DNA of 57,751 bases, filler included, from Sphacelaria rigidula (taxonomy: Eukaryota), in the NCBI GenBank assembly GCA_964200075.2. It is 7 parts of 7 records of this genome, joined end to end, with 100 filler letters (N's around TTAATTAATTAA, not from the genome) between each part and the next. Parts side by side here need not be neighbours in the genome. Positions count along the whole stretch, not along the records: positions 16,531 to 24,695 come from CAXNAA020012067.1; positions 24,796 to 32,959 come from CAXNAA020012068.1; positions 33,060 to 41,223 come from CAXNAA020012069.1; 4 more parts are not named here. One strand, written 5' to 3'. Positions within the stretch are counted from its first letter, which is position 1. The number at the start of each line of letters is the position of its first letter. The position numbers were made by a program, and so were the translations under genes. This document shows, in pieces, positions 23,147 through 34,805 of the stretch. The notes beneath the pieces are model-generated. The model ran no database searches and had not been told where the DNA came from. It worked only from the letters and a program-made list of their open reading frames with translations.

Positions 23147-24899
23147 GTAGAGGTAAGACTGCACCGAGCCCACCCGAAGTTATCCGTCAGGCGTTACTCA
23201 AATCTTTCCGTAGATGCGCAGTATAGCACAGCAGCAGAAGTGGCTCTTGACATCTATCGAGAGTAGACGTGCGTTGCATCGAAGCCAGTTCTGCTGCCTC
23301 CTTGGTTTACGGGATTCGTTTTCCAAAATTTTGGATTGAAATTCCGTAGGAGTCGCATTTGTCGCATTTGCCGGGTACGAAACCTCCGCCACAAAAGTAG
23401 ATGGGAATGTCCGCTTCTGCCATGAAGTACGTAGCTCCGCCATCCCGTTCACGTTCGTGTTGTTCTTGTGTCCTCATTCATTATGTGATATCTTGAACCG
23501 GCTACAAACACGGCACATCACAGCACGCACAAACATATATACACTAGCTTTCTAGCTGTTTAGCTGCCTAGCTGTCTGGTCCCCAAGCAAAGACCCAATC
23601 TCTCTTTGAGACCAACAATTTGTGTTTGCTCCACACTACCGCCGCGTACCCATAGTTTACGAGCACATCACCGACGCAGCACCCGCGGTCGGCAGTGATT
23701 CTTTCGTGAGAACATGGTGTCCCCATGTAGGGTCAACGGTTGAACGAAAAAAAATCAGGCACTTCCAAATTGTAAGTGTACTGTCACCGACGAGCGGGTG
23801 AAGCAACACACGATTTTTTTTTTTTCCGCGATAGGATATGTCCGGTATGCTTCACACACGTAAATCTGTTGCCATGAGTTTTCTTCATTCTACGGTACTG
23901 TACTTTCCTGTACACACCAGCACGGCCGGGTGGTGTTCTTGCTGGGGACATAGGTTACGGGGGGTGGGCGAAATTGCGGGGAAATGAATCAAGAAAATAC
24001 ACAACGCCATTCTGCGGTGGAAATGGCTGCGGGGTGATTTTTAGCGTGTGTTTCGTGGGGAACTAGACGTTTAATCCTTCCGCACCAAATTTATGGGTAC
24101 GGTCGTTACGTAGTAATTGAACTTGAGTCAGCTATTGTTTTGTTGTCGCATGATTTTTTGTACGGGTTTCTCGTGATTTTCGGCGGATAGCATGTGCGCT
24201 ACTCAAGCCCCATCTGCCGCGGAGAGCTCCACAAGATTGCACTGTTCGGGTATTGGTTGTCCGGGCCTGGTCTGAGGTTCATTTCCCTTTGCTGGCTTGC
24301 TGCAGCTCAGGGCATTAGCAGCGGGGGAGCGAGAAGAAAATGCTGCCCACGCCGACCACACTTTTTACAAGCACCAAGTCATGAAGCGTGTGTTCTGTAT
24401 ACCTTCGAAAGGAATCGGCGCTCTTACACACGCAAGAGAGAGATACTTGTTTTTGCATAAACTCTCCGGTGTCCCGTTTGTAGAGGGGTTGGCAGTCTTC
24501 GCCGGTGTACTTCGGATCATTTCTGCCGCGGTACCGACTGACTGTATCTGTACCGCAAGATGTACCAGCTGTGGGCTGCCAATGGGCGTCTTGTCGGTAC
24601 TATCTGTGCGGCACCGATCAACACGAGTTATCATCCGGAACAACGGCACGACAGCCAACAAAAGGGGGGGGGGAGGGGGCGCACTCGTTTGTTGCNNNNN
24701 NNNNNNNNNNNNNNNNNNNNNNNNNNNNNNNNNNNNNNNTTAATTAATTAANNNNNNNNNNNNNNNNNNNNNNNNNNNNNNNNNNNNNNNNNNNNGTTTT
24801 GGTGGCTTGTTTTACAGCGCCGTTGCCACTCGACGCCAACCCAAGAGTCTAGAGGTGAGGGGGGGCTATAAACCGTTTTCCAGTCTGTAAGGCCCCTTG

Positions 24900-27576
24900 G
24901 GGTGATGAGCTCCAACCACTCTCCACGGACCAGTCGACGTCGTCATCAATTTTGGCGTAACTCCCGGGCGACGCACATGTGCATACAAAACGTATTCGCC
25001 TACCTCGAAATTCGGCAATTACAGCCCCGACAAAGACCCCTCACGTCTCCTCGCACGTTCAGCTGTAACACGCTCCTGCACTTGAACGTGGAAACGTTCT
25101 TGCAAGTTCAAGACTCCTTGCAATGCACTCTTAATTTAAACATCGTCCAGAACATCACACTTCCATTCCCCCGCCGACGAGGACGCCAGCACCGAGAAAG
25201 ACGTCCGACGGGCACGGCCAAACATCACGTGATACGGCGTACTATCGTACCGACGGCGATATGCTGTATTTAGCGCCCATTGCACAGCCACAGCACGTCC
25301 ACCCACTCGGTCACCTCTCAGCGCTGCTCGAGAAAAATGGAGCGAAGAGCACGAACTACTTCCTGTACAGTGCGTTCGCACGTACCGTGAGACCATGGAG
25401 AACACGCAACCGCAAACCAGTGATCAACGCGCGAAGACTCTCGCAACCGAGCCAAGATCGCATTCTTGAAATGCGTGGCGGTATCACTCACCCACACACG
25501 GGGCACCCCCAAAGGTTTGCACCAGTTCAGCAAAGACGTAGCAGTCGATTCAACAGTACACACGGCTACTAGTTCCAGAGCCACAAAGTTGCTGAAATCA
25601 CCCATAATGACCACAATGTATCGGAACCCAGCATCCTCCGACAAAGCTTGGAAAGCTAGCGGGCCACTCTCGCCCACGTGCAAGAAGTCAAAATGAACGA
25701 CTTCATTCGGCGTGGTCCCATGGACCGTTTCACCGAGCGGGCGGGGAACAACATCGCCTGCCCTCGACTCAGCACAGTGAAGACACTGGCGGACAAATTT
25801 GCGCACATTAGTTTATATCCCCTGCCAGACACACAACTCTTGCAGGCGCACGAGCGTCGCAGCCACACCACGATACCCGGCGTCGCGCATGTGCTCGCAG
25901 ATCATCAGACGTACCTGCAACTGCTTGTCAGAACTCGAAATCCACAAAACGTTTCGGCCACGCACATGCACACGAAACAGACCTCCATTGTCCAAAATAG
26001 CAGTACCAACGTCCGACTCGAAAAATTGCACATCCGCATCCTTGACCCCAAGGTCTTTTCGTTGCGCTTGGCGGACAACAGATTTGGACGGCATCGAGTC
26101 ATCAGGTTTGCATGGACCATACACAGCCACAGCGCGCGCAGGCAAAGTGGGAGTATTTACCCAGCGCGACAGCAAGTCACCCCACGCGTTACGCTTACCC
26201 GAAATATGACAAACCGTGTACCGATACTGTCCTAATACACCTTTCCACCCCTCCAATCGCTGTGCCAACGCCTTCTAGACAGACGTCACGCATGCCTCCG
26301 GGTTGAAAATGTACGCTAGATTTCGGTGATCCGTGAAAATGCGTACGCCATTCCACAATAGATGCTCAAGATGACGAAAAGTGCTCACGATAGCAAAACC
26401 TTTTTTGTCAATTTTTGACCAACGCATCTGTGAACCCTTGAAACCACCACTCAGAAAAGCCAGCGGTTCATGCGTCATGTCTTCAACCGGCACCGTTGTT
26501 GCATTTCAGCATCAGGCACCTGCGCTACGAAACTCCTCCTATTACACTCAAATGCATCCGGAAACATTGACACCTGACGGTCTGGACGAGGATGGAGCGG
26601 TGTCACTGCATCAGCCACCAGATCCTTCGCTGCTGCCCACGCCTGCAGCCTGCCCTCCGTCCACGATGCAGCCTTCTTAGGAAATGCATTATCCGGACTG
26701 GACCATCCCGCCTGCAAATTCCGTAACACCAACCCGAGCACCAAAAGAGCCGCCATGCACAATGCCAACCAACTCGGCTTCACTGGATCGTGCCGCCGCG
26801 GCTTCGTCTTCACCGCGGACGCCCCAGGTTTTTGCTGAATACGCATGGGCTTCACGCGCGCAGCGGGATCACCCCGCAGCGCACGACGAAACGCGTTGTC
26901 GCGGCAGTGCAATATACCGCGCAGGCGCTCCGCTTTTTAGACGCTGAGGCTTTGCGCCCCAGCATCCGTCACGCTCTCCTCCAGCGCGACTCATCCGCCG
27001 GATCAATAAATATCTCCGGGCCACGCTCCACCAAGCGTTCCACCGCCTTATCACGCTCCTCGGACACCTGCCCCCCGCCTCCTGGAGAGCATCAACCGGC
27101 AAGCTCACTCTGCGACCGGCTAAAAAAGCAGGCGTCTCGACACTCGAACCGGGCGACGGCCTTTTCGTTTTTAGGGACTCCAACAACCGATCATACGGAT
27201 CGACTCCGAGTCCCCGAAGCGTCGGTAGGCCCCACAGAACGACACTATCCGTCCCCGGCATGATCGCAAACGATATTGGGGGTTATTTTGCTGGCCCCCA
27301 AGTAGTCAGGAACGCCAACTGCAGGGGAATCGTACGCTCCGTCACATTTATACGTCGCCCCGATGCGGTGATGGCCTGCCTCGCCCCGCGCGAAAACGGA
27401 ATTCGGATTTGCTCACCGGGTAGTAGACGCTCCAGCATCTCCACAATTAGCACCGACATGCTCGTGAAGTGGGTGCCTGAATCCAACACCGCTTTAACCG
27501 ATATAGCTCCCCGCGCCCGTTGATCGGGCAAATATAACTTGGCAGGGATGTCATTGTCATGGTCCTCGACCGGCAC
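24900..27576 (-). pseudogene. pol: Gypsy pol pseudogene
   Basis: Protease VKAVLDSGT; RT N-terminus PAARVKPMRI..KPGA jumps at ~26690 straight to AWAAAKDLVADAV (catalytic DD region absent); RNase H EPLAFLSGGF..FTDHRNLAYIF; integrase CLHC, PNEVVHFDF, ALNTAY..TPYHVMFG, LPNFEVGEYVLYA. Confidence 0.9.
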
Positions 27577-27907
27577 CTGCTCCGCCGACTGATTGTTCGT
27601 AATCCCCCACTTGGCGCCACGGCTGCAGGCGCGGCGCAGGCAGAGACGCCCCCGCTGGGATCACCGGCACCGCCGGCGGGTACGAAGCCCCGCCCGCAGA
27701 ACCAAATTGCAGCGGTACCCCGGCCGGCGCAGCAGTGGATTTAAATTTCAGCTGAAAAGTGGCCGGCTCCGCAGTCGGCGTCTCGCTTTGCTCTGCTGCC
27801 GGCGGCGACGGCATCGAGCCCGACACTAGAGAGTCCACCTGCACCGCCCGTTGCGGAGCAGCAGCCCCTGCGGCTAAACCGAACGTAGAACCGGACCCCT
27901 GCTGACG

Positions 27908-28807
27908 CTACTGACGCTGCTGTTGCTGCTGCTGTTGCTGCTGCTGCTGGGAACTTGACTGTGCACCTCCACCGCTGGAGGATCCGCCGCTGCCGCCACC
28001 ACGACTACCTCGTATTTTGTGATTGCGAGGGCTTGCGGCACTCGTCTGCCCAGACTCCCCTTCAGAAGGCATTGGGCACTTCCGTGCGATGTGACCGACC
28101 TGGCCACACTGAAAGCAAGTAAAAATAAATGCGGCAGTGCCTGCGGATTTAGATCCGCGGTTACGCGAGCTCGAAGACTGCGGCGACGAAGTGGATGATT
28201 TTCCGAATACTTCGACGCGCCGCCATGCCTGAGCCTCAGTCACCACGGTATCCATGACTAAATACGGGTCCGACTTCCAATTGGTTTCGTGCTGTAACTG
28301 TACAAGCACGGCCTGCTTAAATTCCGCCGGTGCCAGACCCTCCACCATCGCTTTGGTGACCACCGCAGCGGGCCCTGGGCGAAATTTCTCATCGGACGAA
28401 CGATAAATCATCTCTACGTCGGAATTTTCCGCAAAAGACGTTTCCAACTTACCCATAATGGGCTCCACCCTCTCGCGCATGGTCCTCCCCTTGTGGTTCA
28501 TTGCAACAGCCTTCGCCACGGCCGCGGACGCCTGAGTAAGCTCTACCTCCGCTCCTGCCGCATGCCCTGCGTGCTTCTTTATCGCTGCGGCCAACTGCAG
28601 CGGCTTTATAGTATGTTTTTCGCGGAACCGCCTCGCGCAGACGCGTTGTAAGGGGGTAGGCACTAATTGCGCCATCGAAACCACCTGATGCCTCACCGCA
28701 CCCCCTGCATTCGCATGCTTCACCCCCCTTTTGTATTCCATGTATCTCGTGTAAAACAAACGAGAGGCACCCTCAGAATACACACTCCCGTAACTGGGCG
28801 GCCGCAA
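27908..28807 (-). CDS. gag: Gypsy Gag with CCHC zinc knuckle
   Basis: 299-aa open frame containing CFQCGQVGHIARKC, directly downstream of the LTR; start codon uncertain. Confidence 0.85.
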   Translation of the reverse strand: MRPPSYGSVYSEGASRLFYTRYMEYKRGVKHANAGGAVRHQVVSMAQLVPTPLQRVCARRFREKHTIKPLQLAAAIKKHAGHAAGAEVELTQASAAVAKAVAMNHKGRTMRERVEPIMGKLETSFAENSDVEMIYRSSDEKFRPGPAAVVTKAMVEGLAPAEFKQAVLVQLQHETNWKSDPYLVMDTVVTEAQAWRRVEVFGKSSTSSPQSSSSRNRGSKSAGTAAFIFTCFQCGQVGHIARKCPMPSEGESGQTSAASPRNHKIRGSRGGGSGGSSSGGGAQSSSQQQQQQQQQQQRQ

Positions 28808-28884
28808 CTCTTCCCTTAGAACGACTGGGGTTACGGTTGTTTCCGCTGGCTCTGCTGCCGGTACCTCCGTGGTCTATAGACCTC

Positions 28885-29171
28885 TGTCAATCAAGATCAG
28901 ATTGCCATGTGGACTCCTCCCATCACAGGCACATGGACTTCAGCAGCTTTAGTTATTTACGTATTAACCCTCAGCATAGTACAGGAGAACATGACCATAT
29001 AGCCTCTCTCCACCAGAGTAACAAAACCGGCTGTACTCGTCATGGAGGTCACCATCACAGAGCCCGGCGATCAGACCCGCAACTCCACCTACAAAGTCCC
29101 TGACCTTAGATAACAATGGTGGCTAGGTCTACAGCACCCCCAAAGCTCTCTACTACCAAGAAGTAGTTACA
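28885..29171 (-). repeat. LTR (~287 bp; TGTAAC...TTGACA on the minus strand)
   Basis: TG...CA termini; homologous to 32780-32959. Confidence 0.8.
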
Positions 29172-32100
29172 TCAGAGCTTGACGAACTCAGGCATCATTG
29201 GTGCCTGATAGTACCGTCGTTTTCCGCAAAGCATAGCAATCTCTTCCGCTGCTTTCGACAACAGCTCCATACAAGCTTGCCCCACTTTCGCAAAACTCGC
29301 AAGAGATTCCAAGAAAATATCGTCCGTCATGAACATGCAATCGCGCTATTTGCACCACTGCAAGTAACAAAGCCATAGCTAGCGCCCAATTCTCAAATCT
29401 TCGCCCAAAACAAGTCTCTTGACTCTTCATCGGCACGAAACCGAAAATGTCAGCGAATGTCAAATCCCGGAGCATTCGTGACTCATCGCCTCTCTAATCC
29501 GAGACAAGGTTCCTCTCAATATACAAGTACGTTCAACACCTGCGCAACGGAGTGCAATAGCCAAATGATACATCATCCTCACGCTAGAAGGAAATAATGC
29601 ACCCAACACGTCTAAAACGCACCTGACCTCTTGCTTCTGCAACACTGTAAAAAACGTATGGATCGCATGCCCCCCCGCCGTCAAAGCTCCAATGCTTCAA
29701 CTTGCCTTCATCTCATAAAGGCAATCAAAGGAAAGCCATGGCTCGAACCGCTTTTCAAGTCATGCATACAAATCCAACGATGGCGAACGGACCTCGACCT
29801 CCGCTATCATTCATCACCCGTGGTACTATCGTTCTTAAACTCTTGTTTTCGAGAAAATCCCAGACATTTCTATATTTCGTTTGGATCTTGGACCGTCATA
29901 TCCCATCCGTGCATCAGCCAAAATGTAGAAATAATGATTCCCTCGACACTCTCGCAGTCCACCTGCACCAGTTCTTCGAACAAATTGACGCATCATCCAC
30001 ATGCCCCTTCTGACATGAACGAAAGACCAACCACGTACTCGTTCAAACACGTGACAATCCATACAAGAACATGCCACGGTCAAAGATCATTGATGCATGC
30101 GCGCATAACGTCTTTATCTTTAACAACCGGAAGGACTCGCGTCATACCTGCTCACATACGACGAACCTACGCATTTCGTACCTTTCAGCTCATTTTCACG
30201 CTAACAGTAGCAATCCATATATCCTGCACTCAGTACGTGCAAACCGCACAAATATGATTCGACTGTGTTCCTGCGCGAACAAAATTATACGATCTTCACT
30301 TCATTTAGCATACAGCAGTATATTGAAATCTGCCCCACCCTAGGTCGTCACCAGATACCATTCATATCAGTACCATTCGAGCAAAAAATCGCACATGCCT
30401 GCCAGAATTCCACTCATCATATGAAATTCCGCACATGCATGCCTATTTTCACTCAGCACATGCAATGCCAAACACCTCAGGTAATGCCTTCTTTGTAGTT
30501 CTCCAGCTCGCTCCTGAGAAACAGCAGCACTCGAACCACAACCCCGTGCACAGCGCAGAGCAGGCTTTTCTCTCGGACACTCCCTCCTTGCACCTTCAGT
30601 CTAGCTACATCTGGCATCTCCATGGTGTAGCTCAACACGCCTCTAGAAGGTATATTCGCACCGCCAAACCAATGCGACAGATCATCTGTCTCCACAGATA
30701 CTTGGGCAGTTGTGAACACCTGTGCTTCAGTTACTTTCACAGAGGAAACCAGAGGCGAAACGGGAACAGCTACACTGTCCCGAACAGCAACACCTCCTGA
30801 TGGCACACTATCCTCCTCAAACACCCCGCGGCGAAACAGTGGAGACACCTCCGCCATCGCCGCCAAATACGCCAAAGCTGTCCATGTAAACAGCAATGCA
30901 CACGACCATCTCAACACCACGCGACGCTCGTCGTCGCCGTCAGAATAGTGATCACTAACAGCATCACGAGCCTGAAGCTCGCTCTGCGTACCCGCCTCAC
31001 GCGGGTCACACGCCCCTGTTGTTTTGATCATGCAAGGCGTGTCCACGGCTACGCGCTGCTCCGGCGGCAATTCCGCCAACCCGGCACCCACCTGTCCTTC
31101 AAACAGACACCCCTCCGAATCATCCGAACGATCTCCCGCCATGTCACTGGCACAGATAGATTCACCATGAGCACGGCAAGCTCCTTGCTCACCCTCCTCG
31201 TTCGCAATACGCGAATAACACCCCCCTTCACCTTCGAGCATGCAAGGAGTATTTCCAGCTTTGCGCTGGTCCGGCGGCAACAAGCAACTGGGACCTCCGC
31301 CCACCAGTACTTGCTCATTGGTCCACGTAGGCCCCACCCTCTCACTATCGCCAACGGCAGCAGCAGTATCACCCATACTCGCTACAGCCGCCACCTTTTT
31401 TCTCAGCGCACTCCTGAACTGCAACAGCAGAAGCTTAGCGGCCTGCAGTCTGCTCGAGCGGCGTGACATATTCGCCCTCTCCAGCGGAAATACCAGCAGC
31501 ATCCAAACCAATGCTTACCGTGGTACTTTCGGTGGGCGCGTACTCATGCCTCCCCGCTTTGATAGACACGTGCTGTGTCTCCTTCCCGCTCTGCACAGTG
31601 GAAACAGCTGCCCTGTATCGTTGGTTAAGACGCGCCCTACTGACTGCACGTTCAGCGGTTGCACTATCGCACCTATCCCCTCGGGCAGACTCATGCTTCT
31701 CGGCTTTCACAGTGTAGGCATCTGCCCTGTATCGTGGTTTCAAACGCGCAGCACCTACTGCACGTTCGGCGGGTGCACTGTCGTGCCTGTCACCTCGGGC
31801 AGACAAACGTTTCTCGGCTTTCACAGGGCAAGCAGCTGCCCTGTATCGTTGTTTCAAACGCGCAGCACCTACTGTACGTTCGGCGGGTGCATTGTCGCGC
31901 CTGTCCCCCTGGGCAGACACATGCTTCTCGGCTGTCACAGGGCGAGCAGCTCCACCGGACGGCGCATGCTTGCGCAACGCGAGAAGCAACTGCTCGTCCT
32001 CAAAATCATGATCATATTTCAAGAACGTGTCACAGACATATCACAATATGTTTCGGCATGAGCTCAGAAATTGCTGCCACCCCAAAGAGGTTTGTCCACC

Positions 32101-32959
32101 GCGCGTTCACTTGCTCTACATCACGCAAATATTGCTCGGATTTGCGTGAAAACTCGGCCGATTTATCGCTCGAAACCTTGCGGCCGTAGTACGGCATCTC
32201 CACCGCCAGTACAGGAACAACACGACCATCGACGATGGCATATTCCTGCGCCTCGTACATTTCAGTCAGCAGTACAGTACTCCACACGCCTTTTTGAAAA
32301 ACGAAGTCGCCTCCCACTCACAGGAACAACAACTCTTTCCTTACAACAAGATGCGCTGTACCACCTTACAAAGACAATGGCCACAGCGCCTCTTCCTCAC
32401 GCAGGGCTCACCACGTGTTTGAAGTCCTTAGACTCCTCTTCCTCGCCATACCTGGCCAAGCGTGAACAAGGAACTCTCGCTGGCTCCACTAAGCAGTACG
32501 ATAATTGCACCGCTTTTTTTGGAACGCGCACGGGCTCGCTAGCTGTCGGTCAACCCCCCGCACCTCTCGCACGAGCGATACCACAGCCTACCCTAGCACT
32601 GCCTCAGAACCTCCTCGGCTCTACTTCTCCAATTCCTCGCGACGTTAACACGCCTTGAGCTGGTCTCGTTTGCTGCAAACTGATCAGGCCTGCAGACTTC
32701 CCTATCTTGAAGTGTCAGCTGCATTTCAGCGGACCTACCGCTAGTCAGCGGACTTAATGAACGCTTATTATAGACTTCCTGTCACCCAAGTACAGATTGC
32801 CATGTGGACTCCTCCCAGCTCGGGCACATGGACTTCAGCAGCTTTAGTTATTTATGTATCAACCCTCAGCATAGTACAGGAGAACAGGACCATAACCTCT
32901 CCCGGCCAGAGTAGCAAAACCAAGCGTACTCGTCATGGACGTCACAATCACAGAGTCCG
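29172..32959 (-). mobile_element. Non-autonomous Gypsy derivative (element B): partial LTR 32780-32959, gag N-terminus, tandem-repeat expansion, heavily decayed RT-like remnant
   Basis: LTR homologous to element A; MPYYGRKVSS..AAISELMPKHIVIC..QLLLALRKHA aligns with A Gag PPSYGSVYS..VSMAQLVPTPLQRVC..QLAAAIKKHA; remnant DL*PWHVLVWIV..CVNLFEE..QDPNEI near 29850-30150. Confidence 0.75.
31510..31955 (-). repeat. 114-bp tandem repeat (about 4 units, 38 codons each)
   Basis: CGTTC(A/G)GCGG anchors at 31649, 31763, 31877; translates as (P/T)V(K/T)AEK..SA.GDR.D.A.AER.V..ARL..RYRA. Confidence 0.9.
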
Positions 32960-33429
32960 NNNNNNNNNNNNNNNNNNNNNNNNNNNNNNNNNNNNNNNNN
33001 NNNTTAATTAATTAANNNNNNNNNNNNNNNNNNNNNNNNNNNNNNNNNNNNNNNNNNNNACGGTGTTCCCTATATCTGTTGTAGAAAAGTTCAGATCACC
33101 CTCACACTCGGCAGTTCCGTAGGTATTGATGCTCAAAATGGAAAAGTTGTATTCTTGACAATATATCATGTTTTCTCCGTTCTCTACCGGCTTCCGGGGG
33201 TCCCAGCATGAAGACCCCCGGAAGGCGGTACAGAATGGCCTAAAAGAAAAATAATGAAATGATGCGCCGCGGGAGAGTCCAAGGAACACATGTACGAAGT
33301 TTGGTGGAGAAACCCGAAAATCTCATACATTTTTTCTTGCCTTGATATCAAATTCACCCCAAAAGACGTTTCTATACAAAAACCAAGTAGTTAGGAGTTG
33401 CGCGTTTCAAGCCCACGTCCTCCACAAAC

Positions 33430-34100
33430 ACGCAAACTTTCACGCTGTCATCAGGAGTTAGATCCTGAAACCTCGTATAGATATGCTATGTATCATTACG
33501 CAAATTTCTACGGACGATGTTTTTTGTACTTCTTGAGTTTTTCACCGTTTTTCGGGGGTCGGACGGGATCGAAGTCGTTTTTCGAAGTAGTCTCCATTGT
33601 GGGACCCCAGAAGAACGGCACTACGATATTTTTTTCATTTTTTTCGCGAACTATCTGCCTCCGTACAACCCAAGGATGGGCTTCACAAAATTTCGTCGCA
33701 AAACTCGATCAGCTGATGCTTGAATTTTCATTTTCACATCAAAGAAGGTCCAAAAACGCCGTTTTGGCACTAAAATCAAGTAGTTGGCGGTTTCACCGCG
33801 GCACGGCAAAGCACAAAAGCGAAAAACCTCACGCCGTTTTGAGGAGTTAGACCCTGAAATTTTGTACAACTGTTCTTTGGGTCATTACGCAACTTTTCAT
33901 GAATGGTTTTTATTTTATTTTTTTACCGTTTTACGGGGGTCCGATTGGGTCGAGGTTTCCCCCACAAAACGTGGACCCCCGAAAAACGGTGAAAAAAGTC
34001 AAAAAGTCGGAAAAACCCAACCTTCGAAAGTTGCGTAATTACCCATTGAACATTCGTGCAAAATTTCAGGATCTAACTCCTGGAAACGGCGTGAGGTTTT
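33430..34100. mobile_element. Composite foldback repeat (direct copy 33430-33620; hairpin 33820-34100)
   Basis: GGAGTTAGAYCCTGAAA...CATTACGCAA occurs twice in direct and once in inverted orientation; ACCGTTTTTCGGGGGTC vs GACCCCCGAAAAACGGT. Confidence 0.65.
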
Positions 34101-34805
34101 GCCGATGAGTGTTGTTTGGGTGATCACGTGAACCAGTCTGTAGGCAGATCCAAACGCCTATAATGCAAAGCACCATGCATGTACTTCATGCATCTATACC
34201 AATAATAAACACAATAGTTTTTCGCGAAACAGTCACGTTTATCTTCGTAGAGAATGGCCGGTTCAATATATGGCACTCAGAGGTTAGCTTGCAGCGCTGG
34301 ACGAGCCAGACGTTCAGCTCACTGCCGTGTACCTTTATTTATAATCATACCCACTGCACCGCACCATTCCGCGCGACAGAGGGGCCTCAAATGGAGCAGC
34401 ATCAACAGCTAGAAATACCAAGCAAAAAAACTGTCTTCCGTCCAACGCACAGAGCCGAATAGTGCGCCCGAGTCACACACAAGGCGATACACCAGCCCAT
34501 AGGCTTCGGAGTCGTCACCCGGGGCAACGAAGAAGGGCAATTTCGTTTTTCTTCGTGACGTTCGCGCAGCAACTACCGCCAAGGTATCCCGTTCACTTGA
34601 AGATATATTTCGACGAAAAAAATAACATAGGCGGAAGTTCCAGCGGGGAGACAATCGCAAATTTGCGGAAAAATCGACGAAGCGACTTTCATCGCCCCGT
34701 ACACGTGTACAATGAATAACACGAGAGAGTACCGTTCCCCCGGTGGTAACAGAGTTTATATTTCCCCTCGGCAATAGCTGTTCTGTCCATCACAGGTAAG
34801 CTCAC

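Larger units (their letters stand above)
24900..29171 (-). mobile_element. Decayed Ty3/Gypsy LTR retrotransposon (element A): 5' LTR, gag, protease, deleted RT core, RNase H, integrase
   Basis: Domain order Gag(CCHC)-PR-RT-RH-INT on the minus strand with multiple frameshifts. Confidence 0.93.

Noticed and set aside
20383..23452. Several exon-like minus-strand ORFs on contig 3 (20383-20736, 21787-22002, 23198-23452)
   Set aside because: No recognisable domain and no phase-consistent exon chain could be built; one overlaps a TIR
31240..32061. 273-aa Cys-rich plus-strand ORF
   Set aside because: Antisense to the retroelement; open mainly because of the 114-bp repeat
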